Under the pieces are notes generated by a model. The model did no database searches, was not told the origin of the DNA, and worked only from the letters and a program-made list of their open reading frames with translations. Made by a program: the position numbers and the translations under genes. Shown here one piece after another: positions 27,231-35,598 of a stretch of DNA of 64,000 bases. Source of the DNA: Clostridia bacterium (lineage in GTDB: Bacteria > Bacillota > Clostridia > Christensenellales > Borkfalkiaceae); the NCBI GenBank assembly GCA_017463325.1, contig JAFTPK010000005.1, positions 7,094 through 71,093 of the forward strand, read 5' to 3'. Position 1 is the first letter of the stretch; every line of letters starts with the position of its first letter.

Positions 27231-27770
27231 TTGAGTACAAGAAGTTTTATTTGCAAAGAACAGCCCGACGGTAAATATATCGGTATTTACTGCCACTCCG
27301 ACGGCTATCTTACATACAACGGCGCTATGCTGTTAGACCATTATTCAGAGCGTGAAAAGGTTGACGCCTTAATTGCGCTCGGCGACATCTCTTTGCTTGA
27401 GAAAAATATTGCCCCCGATCCCGATAAGCCACATTCCTTTGAATACGGTCAAAGGCAAGAAGGCGTTGTCGTTGCATACGGCAGGGATCGCGGCGAAAAG
27501 GATATTGACGCAAGAGAAATTACCCTTGAAGGCGCGCAGAGTTCGTGGTGCGAATATATGTATATATTTGGACAAGACGGAAAGTGGCGATATTACGACC
27601 TACACGAAGACGAACCCGAACTCTGTAGCGTTGAAGAAGACCTTGCAGCCGAATATAAGCGAATGGGAATTGAGCGTCCGCCTGACGAATACGGTTTTAT
27701 TTCTCCCGAAGAACTTGCCAAAATCAAAGCCCAGCAAGCAGAAATGAAAAAATCCGAAACCGTAATGTGA
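27231..27770 (+). CDS. Hypothetical protein
   Basis: TTG start 7 nt after an AAGGAGG RBS. 179 aa. No motif recognised. Confidence 0.55.
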   Translation: MSTRSFICKEQPDGKYIGIYCHSDGYLTYNGAMLLDHYSEREKVDALIALGDISLLEKNIAPDPDKPHSFEYGQRQEGVVVAYGRDRGEKDIDAREITLEGAQSSWCEYMYIFGQDGKWRYYDLHEDEPELCSVEEDLAAEYKRMGIERPPDEYGFISPEELAKIKAQQAEMKKSETVM

Positions 27771-27776
27771 GGTCCT

Positions 27777-28490
27777 ATGCTGACAATCAATGAAATCTAC
27801 AATGTGGATTGTTTGGTTGGCATTGAAAAAATGCTCAAGCAGGGATTACAAGCAGACCTTATCGTGACGGATCCGCCGTATCTTATCCGTTCTACACGGG
27901 CGGGTGGAAAAAGCGAACTCGCTCGTAGCATCCAGCCGATGAACGACGAACTCGCAAACGGCAACCTTACACAAGGTATCGAAGAAACACATCTATTGGC
28001 TATGTGGGACGTTATGAAAGTACCGAATATTTATATTTGGTGTAACGGCGCACAGATTCCACAATACATAGATTTTTTCGTAAATAAACGCAAATGCAAA
28101 ATGGATATAATCGTCTGGCACAAAACCAACGCTACACCCCTTTTTTGCAACAAATATCTGTCCGATAAGGAATACTGCTTATATTTCAGACGCGGTGCAT
28201 ACTGCCAACCGCAAACTTACCATAAGGCGACCACCGTTTATGAATTGCCTATAAATGCAAAGGACAAGCGGCTATACGGTCATCCTACGGTCAAACCTTT
28301 GCCTATTATCCGCAACCTTGTGGAGAACAGCTCGAAGCCAGACTATCTCGTTCTCGATCCTTTTATGGGAAGTGGAACGACAGCGGCGGCTTGCATTGAA
28401 ACCGGTAGAAATTTTATCGGTTTTGAAATCAATAAAGAATATTGGGAAGCAAGTCGGAAACGGCTTGCTTCTCTTTATAAGGAGAACTAA
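27777..28490 (+). CDS. Orphan DNA methyltransferase (N6-adenine or N4-cytosine, PF01555-like)
   Basis: Motif IV DLIVTDPPYL near the N-terminus, GHPTVKPLPI, and motif I VLDPFMGSGTTAAAC near the C-terminus. No adjacent endonuclease gene. Confidence 0.85.
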   Translation: MLTINEIYNVDCLVGIEKMLKQGLQADLIVTDPPYLIRSTRAGGKSELARSIQPMNDELANGNLTQGIEETHLLAMWDVMKVPNIYIWCNGAQIPQYIDFFVNKRKCKMDIIVWHKTNATPLFCNKYLSDKEYCLYFRRGAYCQPQTYHKATTVYELPINAKDKRLYGHPTVKPLPIIRNLVENSSKPDYLVLDPFMGSGTTAAACIETGRNFIGFEINKEYWEASRKRLASLYKEN

Positions 28491-28493
28491 CCT

Positions 28494-28988
28494 ATGCCGA
28501 AATTACTCATACAAGGCAAACTTTACAATCCCGTCAAAGTAGGCGATCCGGGAGATTGGTACTACGGAGATAAAAACGCAAAATGCGGTGACTGCGGACA
28601 CGGCTACGGAGAGCAACACATGGCACAATGCGACGTTGAACGCTGTCCAGCTTGCGGCGGCCAGCTTTTGTCGTGTGATTGCGGTCCTGTTTTTGACGTT
28701 GAAGACGATATTTCCGAACCCGAACTTGAACTTCTCCGTATCCAACAGGAAAAAGAACGTATCCGTCAACAGTCGCTTATTTTCATAGATTTAAGCGGTT
28801 CTGACGGCAATATCTTTCATGTTCTCGGTGTGGTTCAAAGAGAACTCAAGAGCAAACAACGCATCAACGATTATAACGAACTGCGTGACCGTGTTACTTC
28901 CAGCCACAGTTATAAAGAAGCCCTTGAGATTATCAACGAATACGTCGTTCTGTATGATACTTCCCATAAATACGGAATGGATATGTAA
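28494..28988 (+). CDS. Cys-rich (zinc-ribbon-like) hypothetical protein
   Basis: [35 protein letters not shown] suggests metal binding. The rest is unrecognised. Confidence 0.5.
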   Translation: MPKLLIQGKLYNPVKVGDPGDWYYGDKNAKCGDCGHGYGEQHMAQCDVERCPACGGQLLSCDCGPVFDVEDDISEPELELLRIQQEKERIRQQSLIFIDLSGSDGNIFHVLGVVQRELKSKQRINDYNELRDRVTSSHSYKEALEIINEYVVLYDTSHKYGMDM

Positions 28989-28994
28989 AGAGAG

Positions 28995-29456
28995 GTGCGA
29001 GAAATACGAAAACTATGTATAATTCTTACCCTTATCTGCCTTACCGTATCCGTTGTAGCTCTGATTTGCAACGCGATAATCTTGTGCGTAATCAACTCAA
29101 TAGACACCGCACAATTTACAAGATACGACCTTACCGCTACTACTGTCACTTATACAACAAGCAAAGGAGCCGTCGCAGAAATCGTTTTCGCAGAAAACTC
29201 CGTAAAAATAAAAAATTCCTATCTCTACACAAAAAGAGATAGAATAGAAATCCTTTGCTTTATCCGTTATCGACTGTTAGCTCGAAATAAAATCGTTTCA
29301 TTTAGCGACCTGTCGGGAGAATGGGCGGTCCACAATCTCGCTCATAAACTCGGCGTCCTACGGGAACGCTCGGCAGACGTCGATCTCGATTATTACGGTG
29401 ATAATCGGTGGTATATCAAAACATTATCCGTAATCTTCGGATTTATGGGATTTTAG
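28995..29456 (+). CDS. Hypothetical membrane protein
   Basis: N-terminal TM helix LCIILTLICLTVSVVALICNAIILCV. GTG start in the track. Confidence 0.45.
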   Translation: MREIRKLCIILTLICLTVSVVALICNAIILCVINSIDTAQFTRYDLTATTVTYTTSKGAVAEIVFAENSVKIKNSYLYTKRDRIEILCFIRYRLLARNKIVSFSDLSGEWAVHNLAHKLGVLRERSADVDLDYYGDNRWYIKTLSVIFGFMGF

Positions 29457-29464
29457 GAGAAACA

Positions 29465-30364
29465 ATGATTTACGAAAACATACCGCAAGATTTGAAAGCA
29501 CTTAAACAATGGTGCGTTTATCGTAGTTATTACGATGCGGAAAAAAACAAACACAAAAAAATAATCGTTAGCCCCGTAACAAGCAAATTTGCCAAAAGTA
29601 ACGAACCTGATACTTGGGCAGATTTTGAAAGTGCAAGGCGCTATTGCCAAAGAAACCGTTACGACGGTTTGGTGTTCGCACTTGGTTCTGGTATGACGTT
29701 TATAGACCTTGATCACGCTATCGACAAGGACACGGGTGTTCTGTTATCCACCGAAGCTCAAGAACTATTACAGATCTTCACGGATACCTATGCAGAAACT
29801 TCGTTGAGTGGAACGGGCATCCATATCCTTGTTTACGGTGAATTGCCACCAGACGCCCTAAAGAGAAACGACCACAAAGGAATTGAAATGTATTCCAAAC
29901 ACCGTTTCGTGTGCATGACAGGAAATCTACTTTCCGATACAACGGAAATCAAAGATTATTCTGATATTGTCGCAAAGGTCAATGAAGAATATGTCGGCAA
30001 GAAAAAGGAAACTATTATTGTTCGCTCTGATTGCACTCATACGGACGCAGAACTGATAGACAAAATACGTTCCAGCCGTATATCTGCACGCTTTGACAGA
30101 CTGTATAGCGGAAATTTCGACGGGGCTATGAGCCATAGCTCCGCCGACTTCGCTCTTTGTTCTATTCTTGCTTGGTGGACGCAGGACGTATCCCAGATAG
30201 ACCGTATCTTTCGTTCTTCGGGCTTATTTCGCGCAAAATGGGACACGGCGAGAGGTTCTTCGACTTACGGCCAAATCACGATAGAAAACGCCATAAACGC
30301 CTTAAATTCGGCTTATACGCCCCGTCAGAGAGTGGTTCGACTTACTACGGGTGCAGAAATGTAA
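29465..30364 (+). CDS. Primase-polymerase (PrimPol/AEP) N-terminal domain protein with PriCT-like region
   Basis: LKQWCVYR..., catalytic-looking FIDLDHAID and SLSGTGIHILVYG, then SSADFALCSILAWWT...IDRIFRSSGLFRAKWD, typical of plasmid/phage primase PriCT regions. No helicase P-loop. Start set at the ATG at 29465, behind an AGGAGA RBS. Confidence 0.65.
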   Translation: MIYENIPQDLKALKQWCVYRSYYDAEKNKHKKIIVSPVTSKFAKSNEPDTWADFESARRYCQRNRYDGLVFALGSGMTFIDLDHAIDKDTGVLLSTEAQELLQIFTDTYAETSLSGTGIHILVYGELPPDALKRNDHKGIEMYSKHRFVCMTGNLLSDTTEIKDYSDIVAKVNEEYVGKKKETIIVRSDCTHTDAELIDKIRSSRISARFDRLYSGNFDGAMSHSSADFALCSILAWWTQDVSQIDRIFRSSGLFRAKWDTARGSSTYGQITIENAINALNSAYTPRQRVVRLTTGAEM

Positions 30365-30374
30365 AGGAGGATAT

Positions 30375-30839
30375 ATGCCAAACTGGGCTATAAGTGAAAT
30401 GTCGGTTGTCTTACCAACCGAAAACGTACAAAAACTTCAAGACCTATTTCTTACAGGGAACGGCGATAAAGACACGGAAAAAAATCGTTATTTTGCCCGT
30501 TGCTTTATGCACAGTTGCGACATCGAATCCAACGAACATGGATTATCGCGGCTTCATATTCAATTTGACGCTGCTTGGAGTATTTACTCTTGTATGATAA
30601 GCGGTTATCCCGAAGAATCCAACGGTGTTTGCCCCACTCTTGAGAGTGTCTGCAAGGAACTCAACGTAAAACGCCTAATCGCTTATAGCGAAGAAACGGG
30701 TATGTGCTTTGAGGAAAACATAAGTTATACACGCGAAAACGGTCTTACGTCCGAAAGCAGAGAACTTTACGAAAAACCGTATAACGATTGTTTGGATGAA
30801 GACGAAACGCTCTTTGATGACGAGGAGGTTATGGGGTAA
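30375..30839 (+). CDS. Hypothetical protein (possibly DUF1281/Api92-like)
   Basis: Starts MPNWAISEM, which recalls the MPNWC start of DUF1281 proteins. Acidic C-terminus. Start set at the ATG at 30375, behind an AAGGAGG RBS. Confidence 0.45.
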   Translation: MPNWAISEMSVVLPTENVQKLQDLFLTGNGDKDTEKNRYFARCFMHSCDIESNEHGLSRLHIQFDAAWSIYSCMISGYPEESNGVCPTLESVCKELNVKRLIAYSEETGMCFEENISYTRENGLTSESRELYEKPYNDCLDEDETLFDDEEVMG

Positions 30840-31963
30840 TGTTAAAGGTTGCTACCGTATGTTCGGGGATTGGCGCGCCCGAAAAGGCGTTGCAGCTTCT
30901 CGGCATACCTTACGAACTGTCTTTCTTCAGCGAGATTGATATTCCCGCGATAAAAGCATACTGCGCCATACACGGCGAAGCTCCCAGCAAGAATTTCGGC
31001 AATCTTGAGAATATCAACGAAAAGCCCGTTCCGCAAGACTTGGATTTGCTTGTCGGTGGTACACCCTGTCAGGATTTTTCAAATGCGGGGCTTGGGCGTG
31101 GCGGCGAAGAAGGTTCGGGAACGCGCTCCAGCTTAATGTGGTACTACATAAAACTGATTGCACTTACGAAACCAAAGGTCGTTGTTTGGGAAAACGTTGC
31201 AGCCGTCGTTTCTATTAAACATATTCACACATACCGAAAATTTTGTCATACGCTTATGGGGCTTGGTTATCGCCTTAACGCAGACATACTTAACTCAATG
31301 TATTTTAACGTTCCCCAGCACAGAACACGTTTAATTCTCGTGGCTATCCGTAGGGACTTAAACATTGAATTTGAATATCCGCGAGGGTTCGATTCCGGCG
31401 TTCGTATCAAGGATTTGCTTGAACCAAAGGTCAGAGATAAATTCTACACGAAAACCCTTGACGATATGGAACCATATAAACGGTATTTTCCTGATACGTT
31501 TAGGATTATGCCGCTTGGAAAAATAAAAGGTGTCGTGTTCAAACAAGGAAACGAGGTCCTATCCATTGAAGGAATTGTCGATTGCCTTACCACCAAACAA
31601 GGCAATTACATTCTCGATCAGCGAGAACCACGCGAAAAACCTATCCGCCATTACACCCCGCTTGAAGCTATGCGCTTTATGGGATTTGAGGATAAGGACT
31701 ATTATAAAAGCCGTTATATTTACAGGAAGAACACAGATACAGGCAAAAAAGAACGTTTCCCGTATGTAGCCGAAACCGAAATTTACAGCCAAGCGGGAAA
31801 CAGTATTGCCGTCCCCGTTCTTATGGCGGTATTCGGTCAATTATATGGCGTTGAATGGGAGCGCAAAGTCTTCCGCGAACGCTATAAAACACAGTTTGAG
31901 TTGCTTTGCGAACTGCCCATGTTTGCAGCACTACGGGAGGACTATCAAGATGAACAAACCTAA
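30839..31963 (+). CDS. dcm: Orphan DNA (cytosine-5)-methyltransferase
   Basis: Motif I CSGIGAPE, motif IV GGTPCQDFSNAG, motif VI VVWENV, motif VIII QHRTRLILV and motif X QAGNSIAVPV. No adjacent endonuclease or Vsr gene. Confidence 0.9.
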   Translation: MLKVATVCSGIGAPEKALQLLGIPYELSFFSEIDIPAIKAYCAIHGEAPSKNFGNLENINEKPVPQDLDLLVGGTPCQDFSNAGLGRGGEEGSGTRSSLMWYYIKLIALTKPKVVVWENVAAVVSIKHIHTYRKFCHTLMGLGYRLNADILNSMYFNVPQHRTRLILVAIRRDLNIEFEYPRGFDSGVRIKDLLEPKVRDKFYTKTLDDMEPYKRYFPDTFRIMPLGKIKGVVFKQGNEVLSIEGIVDCLTTKQGNYILDQREPREKPIRHYTPLEAMRFMGFEDKDYYKSRYIYRKNTDTGKKERFPYVAETEIYSQAGNSIAVPVLMAVFGQLYGVEWERKVFRERYKTQFELLCELPMFAALREDYQDEQT

Positions 31964-32579
31964 AAATTTAATTCTTGAGGAAGTCCCCGACAAAGAAATG
32001 CGGGACTTCTTTTATTCGTTGCACGAAAGCGAAATTCCGCTTTATTATACACACCACGAACGACCTATTCCAAAGGCGCCTAATGTTTTTGAGTTTCCGA
32101 ACATAAAAATTCTGGTCGCACCGGATAACACGCAAGCTCAATATATCGACAAAAGGATTCTTGACCTTTACGACGATCTATCGCCTAACCTAAAGGATAT
32201 AGCGGAAGAAATCGTAATGTGGAATAACGATTTGGGTATCCCCCGCGTGCTGCGGGATTTGCTCACGCAACACGACGCCGACGAAACGGCGGAATATCTG
32301 CAAAAATCGCTTGAAAGCGGAACTTTGTATAACTTTGCGGAAGTAATACCCAAAGATAGATACGAAGAGAGCAACGGAATGGTTGAAACCTACGCCTTTT
32401 ACTTGAAAGGCGACCTAAAATCATACGGTATGACCGTTGAACGAGGTGGCGAGTGTTACTGTCTGTTCTTTGATGAGGACGACAGATACAGCCGCGCTCT
32501 GTCCTATTTTGAGCAGAACGTTCGTGCCGAAGATACCGACCTATACCGTAAATTCCGCACACAGCAAAATCAAATGTAA
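31950..32579 (+). CDS. Hypothetical protein
   Basis: The ATG at 31950 follows a GGGAGGA RBS and overlaps the dcm end by 14 nt. The track ORF start at 31806 would lie inside dcm. No motif recognised. Confidence 0.5.
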   Translation: MNKPKNLILEEVPDKEMRDFFYSLHESEIPLYYTHHERPIPKAPNVFEFPNIKILVAPDNTQAQYIDKRILDLYDDLSPNLKDIAEEIVMWNNDLGIPRVLRDLLTQHDADETAEYLQKSLESGTLYNFAEVIPKDRYEESNGMVETYAFYLKGDLKSYGMTVERGGECYCLFFDEDDRYSRALSYFEQNVRAEDTDLYRKFRTQQNQM

Positions 32580-32592
32580 AGGAGGTCTATAC

Positions 32593-33378
32593 TTGACAAG
32601 AGGACAAATTGCTATTATTACGCCCGAAGGCAACATTATGAGTTGTATTGAATTTAACGGCGATATGTATTTCACAAACGGACACGGCGAAGAAGTATAT
32701 CCAAAATTAGCGGACGTTGAGAATGTAGCTCAATATCAAACGCTTGTGGAAAATTTCAATTCTGCCCACTTTAGATATGAAGAAGATCTGTTTTACAATG
32801 CGCCCGCAAATTTCTTCGATATGCAAAACGATTACTTTCGCAAATGGTTTTCTGATTACGTTTATATTAAGAACCTTTCTCCCGACACGAGAGAATTTCT
32901 TGATAGAAATGGCGATACGATTATCTGCGAACCCGGTGATTGCCTTGTGTTCAATTATGGCGAATTTTTCGCCCGTAGCGTAGAAGATTGCTACCGCAAA
33001 GATTTTCTGTCCGAATTGGAATACATACAAAGCTCTTTTGGTTCTGACCTGTTGCTAAATTACCTGCGTATAGAAAAGTGTTGCAGGGAATACGACCAAA
33101 ATACCGGTAACAATACGTTAAGACATTTAGAGGAATCAGACTTCGTTTACGGAGAAACGCTCGATATGCTCGTTTTATCCGAAGCGAAAGACCTTACAAA
33201 GCTGTTCCACTTTATGAGAAAGTTAGAACACGTAAACGACGAGATTTACATTTTAGATGCCTACGGTTCCTTGAGAAATGCAGAAGCGTCCGATCTGGAA
33301 TGTTTAATAGAAGACATACAGCGCACCGTTAATAACAACGGTGCTGCTTTTAATAAATCCGATACTGAAATGGGGTGA
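32593..33378 (+). CDS. Hypothetical protein
   Basis: TTG at 32593, 7 nt after an AAGGAGG RBS. The upstream part of the track ORF overlaps the previous gene. No motif recognised. Confidence 0.5.
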   Translation: MTRGQIAIITPEGNIMSCIEFNGDMYFTNGHGEEVYPKLADVENVAQYQTLVENFNSAHFRYEEDLFYNAPANFFDMQNDYFRKWFSDYVYIKNLSPDTREFLDRNGDTIICEPGDCLVFNYGEFFARSVEDCYRKDFLSELEYIQSSFGSDLLLNYLRIEKCCREYDQNTGNNTLRHLEESDFVYGETLDMLVLSEAKDLTKLFHFMRKLEHVNDEIYILDAYGSLRNAEASDLECLIEDIQRTVNNNGAAFNKSDTEMG

Positions 33379-33381
33379 AAT

Positions 33382-33573
33382 ATGCACGAACTTTTTAAGG
33401 ATTATCCCGACGTTGTGAGCGTTGAACAAGTAACCGAAATGCTCCACGTCAGCTTATCGTTTGCATATCGCCTTTTGCGTAGCGGAGAACTGCCCGCCAA
33501 AAAGGTTGGTAGCAAATACATTATAGCAAAAAAGAGCGTAATTGCTTTTGTTTGCCCGGAGGAAAAGAAATGA
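33382..33573 (+). CDS. xis: Excisionase-family / MerR-like HTH DNA-binding protein
   Basis: 63 aa. VVSVEQVTEMLHVSLSFAYRLLRSGELPAKKVGSKYII fits the excisionase-type HTH. ATGA overlap with the integrase gene. Confidence 0.6.
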   Translation: MHELFKDYPDVVSVEQVTEMLHVSLSFAYRLLRSGELPAKKVGSKYIIAKKSVIAFVCPEEKK

Positions 33574-35132
33574 CAGGAAGATTAGCGGTCAAAGGCGGTA
33601 AATACTACGTTGTAATTTCCTATAAAGACGAGAACGGAAAATATAAAAATAAATGGGTTGCCACCGGTCTTGACGAGAAAAATAACAAACGTGCTGCTAC
33701 CGATATGATGCGTGATATTGTCGCCCGTTACGAAAGCGGAGAATTATCTTTCACAGGACAAAAACAAGCTACACCTACACGCGAAGAATCAGACAGCCCG
33801 CTTTTCTCCGATTATCTCTTTGAATGGTTGAGAATGGCGAAACCAAATCTGCAACAATCCACATATAGCGGCTACTTACGCCTTACGAAAGTGATTGCCG
33901 CCTATTTTGAAGAAAAGGGCTTGAGGTTGGACGAAATAAAGCCCAAGCACATCCAAGAATTTTACACCTATTTGCAAGAGGAACAAGGCAAATCCAAGCA
34001 GGTATGCCACCATTATCATATCGTCATACACAGAGCGTTACAAATTGCTTATCGCTCCGATATGATACAGACCAACCCGGCAGATAAAATCGAAAGACCT
34101 AAATTCCAAAAACACAAAGCCAAGTTTTACACGGCAGAACAGGTAAAAACCTTGTTCAAAGAACTTGAGGGCGATCCCTACGAGCATATTTATAAATTGA
34201 CCGCAATTTACGGTATGCGAAGAAGTGAGGTCGGCGGTCTTCGGTGGAGTTCTATTGATTTTGAGAAAAACACGCTTACACTCGATCACGCAGCGGTTCA
34301 ATGCGAAGTTGACGGTAAACGAACCATTGTAATTAAAGATACAATGAAAAATCAATCAAGTTTGCGAACCTTGCCCCTACTGCCCGTAGTGCGTGATATG
34401 CTCTTAAAACTCAAAGCCGAACAGCAAGAGCGTATTCAAAAATACGGTACTTACTATAATCCGAATTATCTGGACTATGTGTGCGTGGACGAAACGGGAA
34501 ACCTTATTCGTCCCGATACGTTGACGACACATTTCAAAACCTTTTTGGTTCGTCATAATCTGCCTGTAATCCGCTTGCACGAATTACGCCATAGTTGCGC
34601 CAGCATTCTTATCGCTTGCGGCGTGAGTATGAAGGCCGTTCAGGAATGGTTAGGTCACAGCACTTTCAGTACCACTGCCGACATTTATAGCCACTTGAAC
34701 TATTCTTCCAAGCTCGGTATCGCCGAAACGCTTTCCGACGTATTTAGCGGTAAACCCGTTCCCGTTGACCAAACAAATCCCGACGCTATGGCAACGATAC
34801 AGAAAATCTTTTATGCCAGCGACATTGAAGCCGCCCCCAAAGTTGCGGAACCCGTTGTTACGGAATACGAAAGTTGGGATGAAGACGCCGACGACGAGGA
34901 CGGTGCCGTGTTCGTTGATACAAGCGATAGCGATGAAGAACTAAAAGACGAACCTATCGAATCCGTCTTTCCCGAACTACCCGCCGATAGTGTGTCGGAA
35001 TTCAAAAAAGCAAAGGAAGAAATGAAACGCTTGGGCTTTGAAACGCTCGATGAATACTTTGAATATCTCGACTATAAAGCTCGTATGGAGCAAAGAAAAA
35101 ACACGGCAAGTTCGGGTGGAACTGCCATGTAA
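33570..35132 (+). CDS. int: Tyrosine recombinase (integrase) with N-terminal arm-type DNA-binding domain and acidic C-terminal extension
   Basis: N-terminus GRLAVKGGKYYVVISYKDENGKYKNKWVATGL (AP2-like arm-binding domain). Catalytic R (YGMRRSE), HELRHS, LGHS and nucleophile Y in ADIYSHL. About 120 extra D/E-rich residues follow the catalytic Tyr. Confidence 0.9.
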   Translation: MTGRLAVKGGKYYVVISYKDENGKYKNKWVATGLDEKNNKRAATDMMRDIVARYESGELSFTGQKQATPTREESDSPLFSDYLFEWLRMAKPNLQQSTYSGYLRLTKVIAAYFEEKGLRLDEIKPKHIQEFYTYLQEEQGKSKQVCHHYHIVIHRALQIAYRSDMIQTNPADKIERPKFQKHKAKFYTAEQVKTLFKELEGDPYEHIYKLTAIYGMRRSEVGGLRWSSIDFEKNTLTLDHAAVQCEVDGKRTIVIKDTMKNQSSLRTLPLLPVVRDMLLKLKAEQQERIQKYGTYYNPNYLDYVCVDETGNLIRPDTLTTHFKTFLVRHNLPVIRLHELRHSCASILIACGVSMKAVQEWLGHSTFSTTADIYSHLNYSSKLGIAETLSDVFSGKPVPVDQTNPDAMATIQKIFYASDIEAAPKVAEPVVTEYESWDEDADDEDGAVFVDTSDSDEELKDEPIESVFPELPADSVSEFKKAKEEMKRLGFETLDEYFEYLDYKARMEQRKNTASSGGTAM

Positions 35133-35145
35133 AAAGCATAAAAAT

Positions 35146-35167
35146 AAGCCCCGAAAATTCGGGGCTT
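35146..35167. terminator. Hairpin between int and tRNA-Ser (bidirectional terminator candidate)
   Basis: GCCCCG-AAAATT-CGGGGC, extendable to the AAGCCCCGAA / TTCGGGGCTT palindrome. It directly abuts the tRNA 3' end. T-tracts are weak. Confidence 0.45.
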
Positions 35168-35257
35168 GGCGGAGGGTGTGAGATTCGAACTCACGTGGGG
35201 TTTCAGCCCCAAATGCTTTTCAAGAGCACCTCGTTATGACCGCTTCGATAACCCTCC
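35167..35257 (-). tRNA. tRNA-Ser (anticodon UGA), complete, with encoded CCA
   Basis: The minus-strand sequence GGAGGGT-TA-TCG-AAGCGGTCATAA-CGA-G-GTGCT-CTTGAAA-AGCAT-long variable arm (TGGGG CTGAAA CCCCA)-GTGAG-TTCGAAT-CTCAC-ACCCTCC-G-CCA folds into a class II cloverleaf. The acceptor, anticodon and T stems are fully paired. Confidence 0.9.
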
Positions 35258-35292
35258 GTGTTAAAAATATTCAATTTTCAGTTTGATTTTTG

Positions 35293-35473
35293 TTTCTACA
35301 GATTTCAAAATCTCAAAATAAATTTGTAGAAATTTTTGTAGAAAATCTGCGTTCCCAAAAAAGTTTGTAGAAAATCGGTTGATTTTAGACCGCTTTCATT
35401 ATACCATAAATCTTCAAGGATTTCAAGGAGTTTTGCCCACTTACGATAGGGGATTTGAAAAAGTTTGTAGAAA
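35293..35473 (+). repeat. Cluster of TTTGTAGAAA motifs (4 direct, 1 inverted)
   Basis: Direct copies at 35323-35332, 35335-35344, 35364-35373 and 35464-35473; the last two share AAAAAGTTTGTAGAAA. Inverted TTTCTACA at 35293-35300. The region is non-coding and AT-rich, and lies between the intact tRNA and the tRNA fragment. Confidence 0.8.
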
Positions 35474-35508
35474 CGGACGGAAATTTGAACTACTTGATTT
35501 CAACTATG

Positions 35509-35548
35509 TTTCAAGACCGCCTCGTTATGACCGCTTCGATATTCCTGC
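35509..35548 (-). pseudogene. 5' half of a second tRNA-Ser(UGA), truncated immediately after the anticodon loop
   Basis: The minus strand reads GCAGGAA-TA-TCG-AAGCGGTCATAA-CGA-G-GCGGT-CTTGAAA, then unrelated sequence. Positions 8-29 (22 nt, 35520-35541) are identical to 35229-35250 of the intact tRNA. The acceptor and anticodon-stem strands differ from the intact tRNA. Confidence 0.6.
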
Positions 35549-35569
35549 AACAATTGTTACGATATAGCT

Positions 35570-35598
35570 ATTATACCGCAACAAAAAAAATTTGTCAA
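35570..35598 (-). promoter_or_regulatory. Perfect consensus sigma-A promoter directed into the truncated tRNA-Ser
   Basis: On the minus strand: TTGACA (35598-35593), exactly 17 nt, then TATAAT (35575-35570). The -10 ends 21 nt upstream of the first base of the tRNA fragment (35548). Confidence 0.7.

Larger units (their letters stand above)
1..35519. mobile_element. Integrative conjugative element, right-hand portion (left end outside window)
   Basis: Co-oriented block encoding relaxase, VirD4-like coupling protein, VirB4-like ATPase, excisionase-like HTH and a tyrosine integrase at the right end next to tRNA-Ser sequences. By eye it is clearly more AT-rich than 35.6-64 kb. No capsid, terminase or tail genes are seen. 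The right boundary is placed at the truncated tRNA-Ser 5' half; the true junction could lie anywhere in 35167-35541. Confidence 0.75.

Noticed and set aside
35293-35473. Possible CRISPR array
   Set aside because: The repeats are only 10 bp, their spacing is irregular (2, 19 and 90 bp), one copy is inverted, and no cas genes are present.
1-35519. Prophage interpretation, prompted by the LexA-like repressor, Com-like protein, integrase and excisionase
   Set aside because: No terminase, portal, capsid, tail or lysis genes are visible. A relaxase, coupling protein and VirB4-like ATPase are present instead, so an ICE is the better fit.
35229-35541. The 22-bp direct repeat as a simple attL/attR pair flanking a 270-bp mini-element
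   Set aside because: The identity coincides exactly with the conserved D-arm region of tRNA-Ser, and the flanking tRNA parts differ. The repeat is therefore better explained as homology between two different tRNA-Ser genes than as a target duplication. A degraded remnant element cannot be fully excluded.
35379-35567. 62-aa ORF spanning the repeat region and the tRNA fragment
   Set aside because: It is assembled from the TTTGTAGAAA repeats and the tRNA-derived sequence, has no RBS, and lies in AT-rich non-coding DNA. It is better explained as att and arm-site DNA.
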